From the NCBI RefSeq assembly GCF_000143415.4, contig NW_003314412.1, positions 1 through 64,000 on the forward strand: a DNA stretch of 64,000 nt, written 5' to 3'. Source of the DNA: Selaginella moellendorffii (Eukaryota; Plantae; Lycopodiophyta). The notes below the pieces were generated by a model that did no database searches, had not been told where the DNA came from, and was given only the letters and a program-made list of their open reading frames with translations. This document shows, piece by piece, positions 1 through 12,898 of the stretch; positions within the stretch are counted from its first letter, which is position 1, and every line of letters begins with the position of its first letter. The position numbers and the translations under genes are program-made.

Positions 1-673
1 TCTCCAGTGGTGCTTCCAAACTGACTTGAGGTTGAGACTGGGCTTGAGGGGCCTTGGGTGGGAGTGAGCATGGGCTTGAGTGGTGCCGGAGGGGCCACCC
101 AGGGAAGTGCTCAAGAGCAGCTCCCACTCCCGAAAGGGAAACCGACTGCGGTGCTCCCGGCTCATGTGGAGTGGTGCCCCACTTGAGTACCTTGTGGCTC
201 ATTGGTCCTCGCCCTTTCTAGGGGCTTGGGCCTTCCCTTTGGGATGGAAGTAGGGGGGTAGAGGTACCCATACCGGGCTGTTAGGCCATAGTGTTTCTCC
301 ATGATGTCCCGAAGCAAGTGTTGCACCCAAGACTTGGGATTTAGAGGGTCCCATGATCAAGTCTTGTGGTACCAAGGGGTGTAGGGAATCTGGAGGCTTG
401 GTGTGCTTGGCTGCTTGTGCCTGCGGGGAGTGTAGCCGAACCTTAAGTCCAGTCTAACCCGGGGAGGGGGATTGGGAGAGATTTGGGAATCCGTAGATGG
501 ATGGCTAACACTTCGTTGCTCGTGCAGTGAGTAGCTGAAACCAAGTAGGACCAAGTAGGAGCTGGTACCATAGGCAGGAACCTTGGCGAGGGAACTTAGC
601 ACAAGCCAAGGCAGAGTTAGTCGGATAGACGAGGTAAGTTGGCAAATTGGAAAGGAAAAATTTGTGGCTTACA
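1..673 (+). repeat. 5' LTR of family A element (partial)
   Basis: Ends ...GGCTTACA directly before the PBS; direct repeat of 6429-7101. Confidence 0.92.
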
Positions 674-676
674 ATT

Positions 677-689
677 TGGTATCGGAGCC
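677..689 (+). promoter_or_regulatory. Primer-binding site (tRNA-iMet type)
   Basis: TGGTATCGGAGCC, 3 nt after the LTR end; canonical plant form is TGGTATCAGAGC. Confidence 0.9.
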
Positions 690-3600
690 TCTTCCTCAGT
701 TCTAGCGAAGGATAGAGGCGGATTGCTGGGAGATGGCAAGGGCAGGACGTAAGCGAACCCAGGCAGAGACAGAACCTCCTCTAGAGCTGGAGCCTCTGGT
801 CGAACAAGAGGCTATGGATGAGGAATCCTTGAATGAGGAGGACTCTAGTGAGGCAACTTCCAAACAGGAGTCTGGTGGTGAGGTTCGGTTGTCCAAGGCT
901 CGATTGGACGTTCTAGAAGGACAATTAGCACAGACCAATGCCCTGCTAGAGACTCTCGTATGCAAGCTAAAGCGTGATGAGAAGCGGAAGAAAAAGCGAA
1001 AGACTGCGGATGCTGGCAACGCAGAAGGTGCGGACCCTTCCGCAGGGACTGAGGCAAAACCAGACAAGGTCGAACAGACCGAAGTGGAATCAGTCCCTCA
1101 GGCAGTTCCCAAGTACAAACCAAAGCCCCCACCGGTCTTCAAGGGAGTGAACGACTATAAGGTGGTGGAGGATTGGTTTTACGATATGGAGGACTACTTC
1201 CGAGCGTTGCGATTACCGAGCTCGGAGAAGGTCCCATGTGCAAAACCATACTTGGCAGATAATGCCAAGTCTTGGTGGAGAACGATAGAGGCCAACGAAG
1301 GACCGGTGGCCACTTGGGAAATGATGAAGGCGAGGATCCGCGCAACTTACGTTCCTCCGAATGCTACTCTGCATCTAAGGGACGAGCTGAGTAGGCTGAA
1401 GCAGACCGGAACCATTCAGGAGTATGTGAATGGGTTTATGGCAAAGAGGATACTTGTCACAGACATGGGGGATATGGATGCATTCCATGGCTTCATATCA
1501 GGTTTGCAAACTTGGGCTCGCGGCGAAGTAATGCGGTGGAACCCGACCAACTACAAGGAAGCGTTGGATGCGGCCATCAAGGTGCATTTCAATGATAACC
1601 TGCGAAAGGGGAACACGACGGGGTCGGGATCCACGTTTAGCAAAGGGGCCAAACCAAGGGGAACATTTAGTAGAGGGAAATTCAAGAAGAGTTTCTCTAA
1701 GAATGAGTCCTTGGGGTTCCGGAAAGGCAGATCCGGTGGCCAGCGAGCGAGTATGTGGGGGAGTCAAGCGAAAAGAGACAAACCCACGGATAAGAAGGTC
1801 AAGTCATATAGCAGCGTGGGAAATAACGTATGCTACAACTGCGGTGAAGCGGGACACTTCTCGAGGGAATGTCCCTACCCGAAGAAGGCCAGAGCCAATA
1901 TGGCCATCAAGTCAGGTGAAGTCCAAACTGAGGTATGTGATCCAGTCCCTAACTCAAAGTTACTCATTACACGAGCAACTTTGGTAGAGAGTCGTTCGCG
2001 ACATCTACTAGCCCTCCGAGGGAAGCTCGGAGGTAGCTTTGTTAAGATCTTTATTGACACGGGTGCTTCGGATAATTTTGTGGCTGCAGACATAGTCCGG
2101 CAAGCTGGACTAACGGTGCAGCGGCTAGGCGAACCAAGGACTATAGAGTTTGTTCAAGGTAGCCAAAGCACCAATGAAGTACTTCGACAAGTGAGAGTCG
2201 AAGTGGGGACTTGGAAGGTAGACATGGATTTCACCGTGTTGGACATGGCGGGATTTGACGTGATCTTCGGAATGGATTGGTTCAATCGATTCGTGGTAGC
2301 CCTGCATGGATAAGGTAGAAACCTTGTGGTACTGGCGAATGCCCAAGGAAGAAGATCTAGGGTGGACGCCCAAGATCTAAAGGTAGGGCAAAGCAAGGCC
2401 AAAGATTCCTGCTTAAACCTGGTGTCCACGAGAGGACAACTCACTAAAGGAACTAAGGCGGCCTTTTTGTGCTTACTCTCGGTGAAGAGTGACAAAAAGA
2501 CAGGAATGGAAGAAGTACCTTTAGTGATCCAGCGGGTGTTGGACCAATTCCAGGATACCATGCCGGAGGAGCTACCGGCGGGGCTACCCCCAGCACGACC
2601 GATAGAATATAAGATTGAGCTGGTCGAGGGTGCTGAGGCGGTGGTTTGTCCCCCTTATCGTTTGAACGAAAAAGAACTCAAGGAGCTCAAGTGCCAACTA
2701 GAGGAGTTGGTGGACAAAGGGTATGTTAGGTTGAGCAAGTCGCCGTATGGGGCACCGGTGTTATTTGTGAAAAAGAAAGATGGATTTATGCGCATGTGCA
2801 TAGACTACCGGTTGCTCAACAAGTATACAAAGAAGAACAAGTACCCTTTGCCAAGGATTGAGGACCTGTTTGATAGGTTGGGAAAGGCAAAATACTTCTC
2901 AAGGATTGACCTAAGGTCAGGATATTACCAGATCAGGGTAGCAGAGGAAGATGTCGAGAAGACAACCTGTCGAACGAGGTATGGGAGCTTTGAGTTTTTG
3001 GTGATGCCCTTTGGGCTATGTAATGCGCCGGCAACGTTTTCGGCGCTAATGAACCACATCTTTGTACCCTATCTGGATCACTTCGTGGTCGTCTATATCG
3101 ATGACATCCTGATTATAGCAAGACGCTAGAGGAGCATGCCAAACACTTAGCGAAGGTGTTTGAGAAACTAAGGGAACACAAACTGTATGCTAAAGAGAGC
3201 AAATGTGACTTTGCTCAACAAGAGGTAAAGTTTCTCGGGCATGTGGTGGGCCAGGACGGGCTCAAGGTGGACCCGGAGAAGGTCCAAGTGATCCAGGAAT
3301 GGGAGCGACCATCGAATGTACACGAGTTGAGGGCATTCCTGGGGCTATGCAACTACTATCGAAAGTTTATCAGACACTATTCAAGAGTAGCCCTGCCCTT
3401 AATGGACCAAACAAGAAAAGGGAAGATGGTGTGGACAGCGGAATGCGAGGCGGCATTCGTCCACCTCAAAGGGAAGTTGAAGAAGGCTCCCGTATTGGCA
3501 TTACCAGACTTTGGTAAGGACTTTGAGGTAGAAACGGATGCTTCGGACTTTGCGTTGGGCGCAGTTTTGAAGCAAGACAACCATCCGGTAGCGTTCTTCT

Positions 3601-4605
3601 CGAAGAAGTTGGACAAGGCTCAACGGAAGTGGCCTGCCCACGAGAAGGAATTATTTGCGGTGGTCAAGGCCCTCAAGGAGTGGCGACACTACCTTGGGAG
3701 ACACTTCAAGGTTTACACGGACAATGTGGCAACAAAACACTTCTTGTCACAGCCCGACTTGAGAGGGAAACAAGGTCGGTGGGCCAATGCCTTGGCCGAG
3801 TTTGATTGCGAGATTCTGTACAAGCCTGGGAAGAGCAACATCGTGGCGGATGCGCTAAGTCGAAAAGCGAGCTTGAGGTTGGCAATATCCAGCGTAACAA
3901 CAACCTTCTGGGACGATGTGCGGACAGCATATGAGAACGATGGTCTAGCACAAGAAGTGTTGCTAAGGAATCTAGAGGCACGGGAAGCTCACCAGAGAGG
4001 TGAGCTGCCAACGGAAGAGAAAACGGGCTATGCGGAACGCAACGGACTCATCTATTACAAGCAAACGAGGGTGTATGTTCTAGAAGGGGAACTAAGGAAG
4101 GTGGCCTTAGAAGAGTGTCATGACGGACCTCTTGCGGGACACGGCGGAGTGCCCAAGACGATGGGCTTACTCAAGAGGAAGTACCATTGGCCAGATATGG
4201 CTAAGGACGTCCAAGACTATGTAAAGACATGTCCAACATGTCAGCAGGTAAAAGCCGTGACTAAGGCTAGTGGGGGCTTGTTGCAAAGCATCCCAATTCC
4301 AGATCGTCTGTGGAAATGTCTTACAATGGACTTCATCACGGGACTCCCCCCAAGCGAGGGGTTTGATGCGATATTCGTGGTGGTGGACTGATTTTCGAAA
4401 ATGGCACATTTTATACCCACCACAACGGAGGTGGATGCGGAAGGTGTGGCGAAGCTATTCTTCGAACAAGTGGTTCGAGTGCGGGGAAGACCGGAAGAGA
4501 TCATCTCAGATCAAGATAAGATCTTCACCAGTAGGTTCTGGAGGACTCTCCTGGAACAGTATCGCACCAAGTTGAAATTCAGCACAGCCTATCACCCACA
4601 GACAG

Positions 4606-4651
4606 GTATGGGGTATTAAGTCAAGTTGTTGGCACTAATACTTCTTGACAG
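4606..4651 (+). other. Spliceosomal intron 1 in integrase core (46 nt)
   Basis: GTATGG...CACTAAT...TTGACAG. Removal restores YHPQT-D-G-(Q)-TERVN. Confidence 0.85.
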
Positions 4652-5069
4652 ACGGATAAACGGAAAGGGTGAATAAGCAGCTGGAGGATTATTTGCGATG
4701 CTATGTCTCGGGAGACCAGACCGATTGGGTAAGTCATTTGGGACTTGTGGAAATGTGTTATAACAACTCACCACATTCGAGTATCGGGGTGAGTCCATGG
4801 GAAGTCATCAATGGGCGAGCTATTGAAGGTCCTGTGGAACTCGGCGTGGCCGAGTATCATGGAGAGTTGCCCGCAGTGGAGGCATTCACGGCGGAAAGAC
4901 TCAGCATTTGGAATCTAGTGAGGGATTCCTTGGAACGGGCTCAACAAAGGCAAACCAAATACGCAAACCAGAAGCGTCGGGATGTAGAGTTCCAAGTTGG
5001 GGAGAAGGTGTGGCTGAACACCAAGAACCTCAGACTACCAAGTGGGATCAGCCGAAAGTTGACCCAAAG

Positions 5070-5121
5070 GTAAAGATACATGTATTCCTGTAAATGAATT
5101 GATCTTGAGTTCCTTAAGTAG
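5070..5121 (+). other. Spliceosomal intron 2 in integrase C-terminal region (52 nt)
   Basis: GTAAAG...TAAGTAG. Removal restores KLTQ-R-FAGPYEI. Confidence 0.85.
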
Positions 5122-5907
5122 GTTCGCGGGGCCTTATGAGATTGAGGCACGAATCGGTAAAGTGGCTTACCGACTCCGACTTCCTCGAGAAATGGGGAAG
5201 ATGCACCCAGTGTTCCACGTGAACTTACTCCAGCCGTACTTTGAGGATCCGCTTCGCAAGGACCAAGTGAGACCTTTACCTGAGGTTATCCAAGGGGAAG
5301 AGGAATACGAAGTCAAGGCCATCCTCAATACGCACAAGAGCAAGTGACAAGGACGCGAGGTGAGAGAGTTCCATGTGAAGTGGAAAGGATTTCCACACTG
5401 CGAAGCAACATGGGAACCGGAGGAGAACCTAGCGAACGCGCGAGATCTAGTGGAGGAATTTCTGCAAGGCAGAACTCTATGTACTTATGCAAAGTTCAAT
5501 TAAAAATATCAATTTGCAAAGTTGAGCAAGAGGCATATGTTGGGACCCGGAGGCACGCCGAAGGTAAGCTAATTAGCATGGGTTGGATAGGTCGACCAGG
5601 CGTAGGGCACTATGCCCGACTCCCCGTAGAGATGTCGAATCCATAGACATATTCTATGGAGGTTGGGTTCGAGTCCTAACCCCCTAGTAAAGCAAGGCTG
5701 GGTTCAAGTCCCGACCCCATACTAGGGCGTGGTGAGGTGAGGGGTATAGGGACACCTATATTCCGTTGTCATGGGCTCTTGGCCGGGGAGGCTAACTTAG
5801 GCACACCGCTAAGTGGGGGGATGCCCCCGAAGACATGGTCAACAAGTCGTAGGATAAAAATGAGACGTTCGATGTGGGCATCGAACTTCTTCTATGGGTG
5901 GTGGAGT

Positions 5908-7101
5908 TGTAAGGAACCAACTCGCCGAGGTGTCGTAGGCTAAAAGAACCCCAAAAGCATGACCAAAATGACAAAGAGTTCATCAGATGGGACCAAGTTG
6001 AAGATCGAGTCCAAGACTAACTCTAGGACCGAGTTCGAGATAGAGTCCGGAATCGAGTTCGAGACGGAGTCCGAGATCCAAAATCGGGTCCGAGACCGGG
6101 TCCGAGATCGAGTCCGAGATCGAGTCCGAGACCGAATCCGAAGTCGGATCCGAAATCGGGTCCGAGATCGAGCTAGAGACTAAGTCCAAATACTAATACG
6201 GGTCAAGGGGTGAAAGCCCAAAGCGTGCGTCTCCCGGGGGGGGGGGGGGGGGGGGGGCCGGGGGGGCNNNNNNNNNNNNNNNNNNNNNNNNNNNNNNNNN
6301 NNNNNNNNNNNNNNNNNNNNNNNNNNNNNNNNNNNNNNNNNNNNNNNNNNNNNNNNNNNNNNNNNNNTGCAGGGGGTTCCAAAAGTATAGTAAGGATAGT
6401 GAGGTCCAGGAACCAGTCTTGAAGGAACTCTCCAGTGGTGCTTCCAAACTGACTTGAGGTTGAGACTAGGGTTGAGGGGCCTTGGGTGGGAGTGAGCATG
6501 GGCTTGAGTGGTGCTAGAGGGGCCACCCAGGGAAGTGCTCAAGAGCAGCTCCCACTCCCGAAAAGGAAACAGACTGCAGTGCTCCCGGCTCATGTGGAGT
6601 GGTGCCCCACTTGAGTACCTTGTGGCTCATTGGTCCTCGCCCTTCCTAGGGGCTTGGGCCTTCCCTTCGGGATGGAAGTGGGGGGATAGAGGTACCCATA
6701 CCGGGCCGTTAGGCCACGGTGTTTCGCCCCGACGTCCCGAAGCAAGTGCTGCACCCAAGACTTGGGATTTAGAGGGTCCCATGATCAAGTCTTGTGGTAC
6801 CAAGGGGTGTAGGGAATCTGGAGGCTTGGTGTGCTTGGCTGCTTGTGCCTACGGGGAGTGTAGCCGAACCTTAAGTCCAGTCTAACCCGGGGAGGGGGAT
6901 TGGGAGAGATTTGGGAATCCGTAGATGGATGGCTAACACTCCGTTGCTCGTGCAATGAGTAGCTGAAACCAAGTAGGACCAAGTAGGAGCTAGTACCATA
7001 GGCAGGAACCTTGGCGAGGGAACTTAGCACAAGCCAAGGCAGAGTTGATCGGATAGACGAGGTAAGCTGGCAAATTGGAAAGGAAAAATTTGTGTCTTAC
7101 A
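5908..7101 (+). repeat. 3' LTR of family A (contains GAGTCC/GAGACC hexamer array, G-run and 100-N gap)
   Basis: Starts TGTAAGGAACC after the purine-rich GGGTGGTGGAG; ends CTTACA, a 6-bp terminal inverted repeat. Confidence 0.85.
6268..6367. other. Assembly gap (100 N) after a poly-G tract
   Basis: Run of N. Confidence 0.99.
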
Positions 7102-8484
7102 GTACTCAAGAAACGAGCATGAAGTGAGCAATAAAAGAGTCTGAGATGGAGTCTGAGATGGACCGAGATGGTGTCTGAAATGGAGTCCGAGATGGACCCA
7201 AGATGGAGTCCAAGATGGAGTCTGAGATGGACCGAGATGGAGTCCGAGATGGACCCGAGATGGAGTCTGAGAAGGACCTGAGATGGAGTCCGAAGTCGAG
7301 AACGAGACCGAGACCGAGACCGGGACCGAAACCAAGACCGGGACTGAGACCAAGACCAAGACCGAGACCAAGACCGAGGCCAAGGCCGAGACCGAGCCCA
7401 AGCCCGAATCCGAGTCCGAGTCCGAGTCTGAGTCCGAGTCCGAGTCCGAGTTCGAGTTCGAGTCTGAGAGGGTGAAAGCCTAAAGCGTTCATCTCCCAGA
7501 CCCTGGGGGGTTTGGTGAACTCCAAAAGTATAGTATGGGAAGGACTCCAGTGGAACCAGTTTGGCAAAAAAAGGCCAGTTTGGCCAAGAAAGGCCAGTTT
7601 AGCCCAGGAAAGTTGTGCCCAGGTGTTGGGTGATGGGATAACCATTGGGAGGTCCAAGGCTAGAGTGAATATAGACTGTCAAGGGGGGTAATTTGGTGAA
7701 GTGTTCAAGAACCGGCTCTAGTTCCCCCGGGAGATTGAATGGTCGATGCTCCCAGCCCAAGTGTGGGTGGCACTACCTACTTGGATACTTGGCATGGCTC
7801 AACGGAACCTCACTCTAAGCCCATAGCTAGAGCACCAAAAGGTAGAAGGTGGGGAGAGTACCCATGAAGCTTGCGTAAGGCCACGGTGTTCCGAAATGTT
7901 TTCCCAAAGTCCCAAACTATGGAAAGGAAGAGGAATGGTCCTCTGGTGTAATGACCAATGATACAGTCATGTGGTGAGGAAGTCTCAGAGGACAATGGGA
8001 ATTAGTGGTCGGGCATAAGGGCCCAGTCCCATTGGTAATTTTGGCAAACACGGGCATGGGTAGAAATGGGACTTGGTGGGGACTGTAAAAGGGATATTGG
8101 GGAAAGTTGTTCCCTATGTCTGCGGGCATCTTAAGGATGCTAAGGAGTGGATCTTGGATGGTCACTTCTAGACGGATGGCCTAGTCCTTGAGAGACAGGA
8201 CTGTGATGCAGGTGGTGTTGGACCACCAGTGTGACCAAGATGAAGGGGCATAGCCTTAGCGTAACGGGTTAATATGTCGGTGGTAGCTTGGGGCGTTGGT
8301 CTTGGGACTGGGCATGTGGAGCACTTGGACTAAGTGCAAGGGATGAGTGGCATGGATGCCATTCTCGGGGCTAGCAAATCCCAAGTCCTGAATTAGACTT
8401 AAGGAGGTTGTGAATGAGACTCCTCCAAGTGGTCAGAGGTGTAGTTAAGTGACTAAAGTAGAATGGAAAAATTAATCGATTACA
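7102..8484 (+). repeat. LTR of a second family (family C), host of element A
   Basis: Homologous to ~12990-13960 and to 16148-16196 + 28289-28604; GAGATG/GAGTCC arrays; ends ...GATTACA. Confidence 0.7.
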
Positions 8485-11400
8485 CTTAGATCCATATCAG
8501 ACTCCATCTTAGACTTCATCTTGGACTCTATTTCGGACTCCATCTCGGGTTTATATTGGACTCCATTTCGGGTCCATATCAAACTCCATCTCAGGTCCAT
8601 ATCGGACTCCATCTCGGACTCCTTCTCAAAGTCATTCTCGACACTTCTATATGTCACAACACTTGCCATGTGTCAGTCCTTCTTGTGTCCCTTTTTAGAG
8701 ACTCATTCATTGATTGCTTCATACTCATCCCTTGAACACTTAGTTTGGATTTCCACTCCTAGTCTCAAGTTTCCCAATTAGAACTTTTGGTCCAAACATC
8801 GCTTGTTGAACTTCCACTTCAACTACTACCATGTGGCACCCTTTTTTGCTCCATTTTGAGGCTTAGGGATTTGTGTCTCACAATTCCACCACCCATAAAT
8901 GAAGTTCGATGTCCTCATTGAACATTAAACCATTTTATAAAGTAATCCTATCATGGATTACTATTTTCATCCTTAGCACCAAGCCAAAATTCATCAATGG
9001 TTTGATACTTTACCCATCTTATAAGGAGTATAGTTTTTCTAACTTAGAGTCTTATTAGATCACCAATGGTAATTCTCTACTTTTGCTCGTTTAGTTCATG
9101 CTAAACCTGTTAAAGAGACCTTCTTTATCTTAATATTACTACTTATTCTGGAGTAGATGGGGCCTCTACCAACATAACCATGGCACTCTAGATTGATATC
9201 TCGAGTCAATTTCCTAGATATGTCTAACACCTTGTATTGCACCAGTTATACAAACCCCACTTCCCCATTCTAGAAAGTTCTTTATTAGAGGGCACCATTA
9301 TTCTCTCTTTTATTTCATGCCATCCTTGGCACTAAGTTCCATTTATCCATAATTCATGTTTATGACTCTATCATTTGGCTGTTTTACCACTCCATCTCTT
9401 TTGAAGTTTTTATCTTCACCAAATTGGAGCATTTGGGAATCCATTCTTGAAAACATATTTTCTTTCCCATAATCTATTAGCATCCATTATATGGGTATTC
9501 TTCACCTAACTTGTCATTTAGATTCATTTTAATGATTTCCATGGTCTATTCTTGGCCATTAATTTTTTGCTCTTATCCCTTATTGCACCACTCAACATAA
9601 GATCACTATCTTCATCCTTGAAGTATCATTTTAGTTCTATAGCAAAAGCTCTACTTTGCCAAGTCTAGGAAGTGTTCATCCTTAATAAGTCTCAATATTT
9701 TTTGTTGTGGGCTCTATTTATGGCCTAACCTTGCGACCCACCCATGAGTCCTTCTTTAGAGATTATTTTCTTGAACTCATACTATTACATTGTCACAATT
9801 CATTTTCCATAAGTGTCCTCTCCACTTGGTCACCTTGATCAAGCCACACCATTACTAATAATTCAAATTAACACTTTAAACTAAGAATCTTATTTCTGAA
9901 CCTCATAAGGACTTTGTTCTTGTTTAGCTATAAGATCACTTAGTGATCTAAAATTGACACCTTAACAAATTTGCCAATAGGTACTAAGTCTTCTAGATGT
10001 TTAAGTTGTTGACTATAACCTTGGGGGCATCCTCCACAGTTGTCAGTGTGCCTAAAGTAGCCCTTCAAATCAAGGATCTATAGCAATTGAGACTAAGTGT
10101 CCCCATCTCATTCACTACGTCCTTGGTGCCACTTGCACCAAATATTTAAGTTAGATATGCTGAGCTTTCACACTAAGCGATTTAATCGTGCATCATGACT
10201 TCGGGATACCCCCTGCTTGGTGGTATGCCCAAGCTAATCTCCTTACTAAAAGTCCATGACAACCAAAAAGTGAGTGTCTTCATATTCCAAACCATCACTA
10301 CACTCTAGTGAGTTGGGACTTAAACCTAACCTCCGTATATGCATCTATGGATAACATCACCCAAGATGTCTAGCATGACTCCCCACACCAATACACGAAC
10401 TTATATCTAAAATGTGCTATGGATCACAACTTAGGAATTTAGTTCCTCTGAACCTCAAAGTCTTCTCACTTGATAAGTTTGTGATCATGCATAGAATTTT
10501 CTATGCTTGGCCTTATAGGCCCTTTTTGAAGTCAACACCTTCAACTAGGGTCTTTGTCCCCTTGACTAGCATAATATGGTTTTATGCATAAGTGTGAAAG
10601 TCTTTAACCATTGACTTTCATTCAAAACCATCTTTTTTAAAATTCAGGAACTAGTTCCCTAATCTGGATAGCTTCACTTCATGGCAAGCTTCAAGACTAT
10701 GCTTTTATTGTGCCACTCTGATTTCATGCAATCTTATGAACCATTTATACTTATCTTTCTATATATCAACCTATCTAGAATTGTCTTTGGGAATATTGAA
10801 GGGACTTTATCCTTTAGCTTGCTAATGCCTCTCATTTCACAAGTTTTTTAATTACCATATGGTCTAACATAAATAATTCAATACTTTAGACTTTCTATGG
10901 AATCATGATTGCCACTAACAACACATTTGAGCACCCATTTGATTTTCTACTCTTAATTTGCATAATGACTCTTGGTTAGGCCCTTCAATTACTATAGTTC
11001 AGTTCTATCCCTTTACTATTTGTTTTTGTCTTTACAGGTTTCCTTTGGTTATTTTTCTCTAGATTAAGAGGATAGATTTGCATTTTCTACCATGCCTTAC
11101 AATTCTTAGGGATGAATCTATTCAATAGTCTAGGGAGTGATTCTTCAATTTGGATATGCTCACCTTATAATTTCACATACTAGGATTAACATTGCTACTT
11201 ATAGGTATTTATATGCATGTCAGTAACCTTGCCAAAATCCCTTTTTATTTTATCCAATACAGGTAGATGGACTTCTCCCATCTCTACAATCTTGGATGTT
11301 AGATAGTAAATCTTATCCATTATTTATTAAAGACTTAGTCCTTTGGGTCTTATCTAATGCCCTCATGATTTTCTAGTGTTTTACATTGTTTAAGTGTCCT

Positions 11401-11950
11401 AATGTTATCCTTCTTTGACAATAAACATTTCCCTTTATAACATTGATTTATTATATTGTAACACAAGCAATTTATCCCCTGAGGGATATATTTAACCTCC
11501 TTATCCTAATAAGAAGTCATGGGAAGTTAACTTCTACCAATCCAATCAATTACATTGCACCTTTTGCTTAATTGCTTTATAGTTGTCACCACACTCTAAC
11601 AACATGTTTTCCAACTTAAGTTATGCCATTCCCATTTTCATTAGGATTCCTTTGGCAAAGGGTTCTTATAAACCCACTAACTTGACCTCAAGGCATCACA
11701 CTTTGGCACATTTTGTGTTTTCACACCATCGGCTTTACAAACCTACCCTTCCCACTTATGTCTAAATCTTTGCCAAAATAATGGTAATCATTTTTTATGC
11801 CAACTATCAGTTAGCACTTGAATATAGTGTTTACGCATAATTCTTCACCAAAGTTTCTTTCTTCCATAAACACCTTTCCATAACTTTAGTATAGCACGTT
11901 TTGCCATCAATGAGATACCTATTGTTCTCATATTTGGATCTTGTGAGAAA
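8485..11950 (-). mobile_element. Decayed family C element: LTR start (8882 to 8485), PPT and non-coding internal region
   Basis: Minus strand reads GGGTGGTGGAAT then TGTGAGACAC at 8882, like the PPT/LTR junction of family A. 10790-11930 is inverted-homologous to 14250-15450; 9690-10400 is direct-homologous to 15460-16130. Confidence 0.6.
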
Positions 11951-12898
11951 CATCCCTAAGCTCCAAAGTGGAGCAGAAAGAATGCCATATAGTAGTGGTC
12001 AAACTAGAAGTCCATTTCTCTCCTATAGCTTGGTTTTCACTCTTTTTCTCGATTCGACCTCTAGTTGGAATTTAAGGAGTGGTGAGAAGCACTCCTAGCA
12101 GCAGCACTTCATTTAGATATGGAATCCAAGAGATCTAGACTACCCTAGCTCACACTTTGGAAGCTAGGGCTTCTAGGGCTGGTAGTGGTGGGTCATTGTG
12201 GTCTTAAGAGGCTTTAATGTATTTCGATGGTGGATGAACAATTGCAAAAACTTTAGAAATGGAGCTCTTTACTATCTTGCTTGCCTTAATGTGCAATAGA
12301 GATGGTAACAGTTAAGGATTAGTGGAGTTGAATGTCACTTTAGGGGTGACTTGGAGCAACTGGGACTTGAAAAAGTTCCCAGCTTTAGGGATTCTCTTTG
12401 GAAGATGATACACAGTGTCTCACTTGGAGGATGATCGAGAAGGGAGGATTTTTGAATCTAGTAGCAGGGATTGCTGCCACAATTGGGGCTAATGGCAAAT
12501 AGAGTTAACTCAATATTACACACGTAGGGGATCCATACATCTATTTTGGAGCTTTGCTCCCTGAGAAGGAGGTTCATGCCCTTTCTTTAGTCCCTATTGC
12601 ATGGCTAGAACTCTAGTGAAGATGAGCTAATGCACTTGTCTTAAGGTAGCACACTCTAGCCTTGAGTTGGAGGACGTTCACACCTCATTGGAAGCATGTT
12701 GGTGGTGGAGTGCTTTGTGGCAAGTCTCGAATATCATAGAGCGTAACAAGTGGCTTCTAATTTTGTAGTGGAGTCATTTGGGAGGCAGACGGCCCAAGTG
12801 TAGCACCGAGTGTTTATAATCATAGTTTTGCTAGTTTCTCAAAGAGTGCACTCTCAATGTTGTTTTGATCCCTTTGGGACTAGAGTAATATATATATG

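Larger units (their letters stand above)
733..5500 (+). pseudogene. gag-pol polyprotein (Gag, CCHC knuckle, aspartic protease, RT, RNase H, integrase, chromodomain) with two introns and several disabling mutations
   Basis: Motifs: CYNCGEAGHFSREC; FIDTGA; YIDD; ETDASD; H-H-CPTC; MDFI, ISDQD, G.TER; GPY; WKGF..EATWEPEENL. In-frame stops at 2311, 4389 and 4657; frameshifts near 3115 and 5350. Confidence 0.93.
1..7101 (+). mobile_element. Ty3/gypsy chromovirus LTR retrotransposon (family A), near full length, 5' LTR cut by the window edge
   Basis: 1-673 matches 6429-7101 (~96% by eye). PBS at 677. Domain order gag-PR-RT-RH-INT-chromodomain. PPT at 5895-5907. 3' LTR runs TGTAAG...CTTACA. Confidence 0.95.

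Noticed and set aside
2311-2313. Programmed gag-pol stop read-through
   Set aside because: The stop lies after the protease and looks like CAA>TAA decay, like the stops at 4389 and 4657.
6368-6380. Start of the family A 3' LTR after the G-run
   Set aside because: The PPT/TGTAAG junction at 5908 matches the CTTACA end, and the G-run motif is internal in family B and C LTRs.
5959-7657. ORFs with LGLG/RPRP/ESES repeats (also ~13140-13520, ~35910-36170)
   Set aside because: Translations of hexamer tandem repeats inside LTRs.
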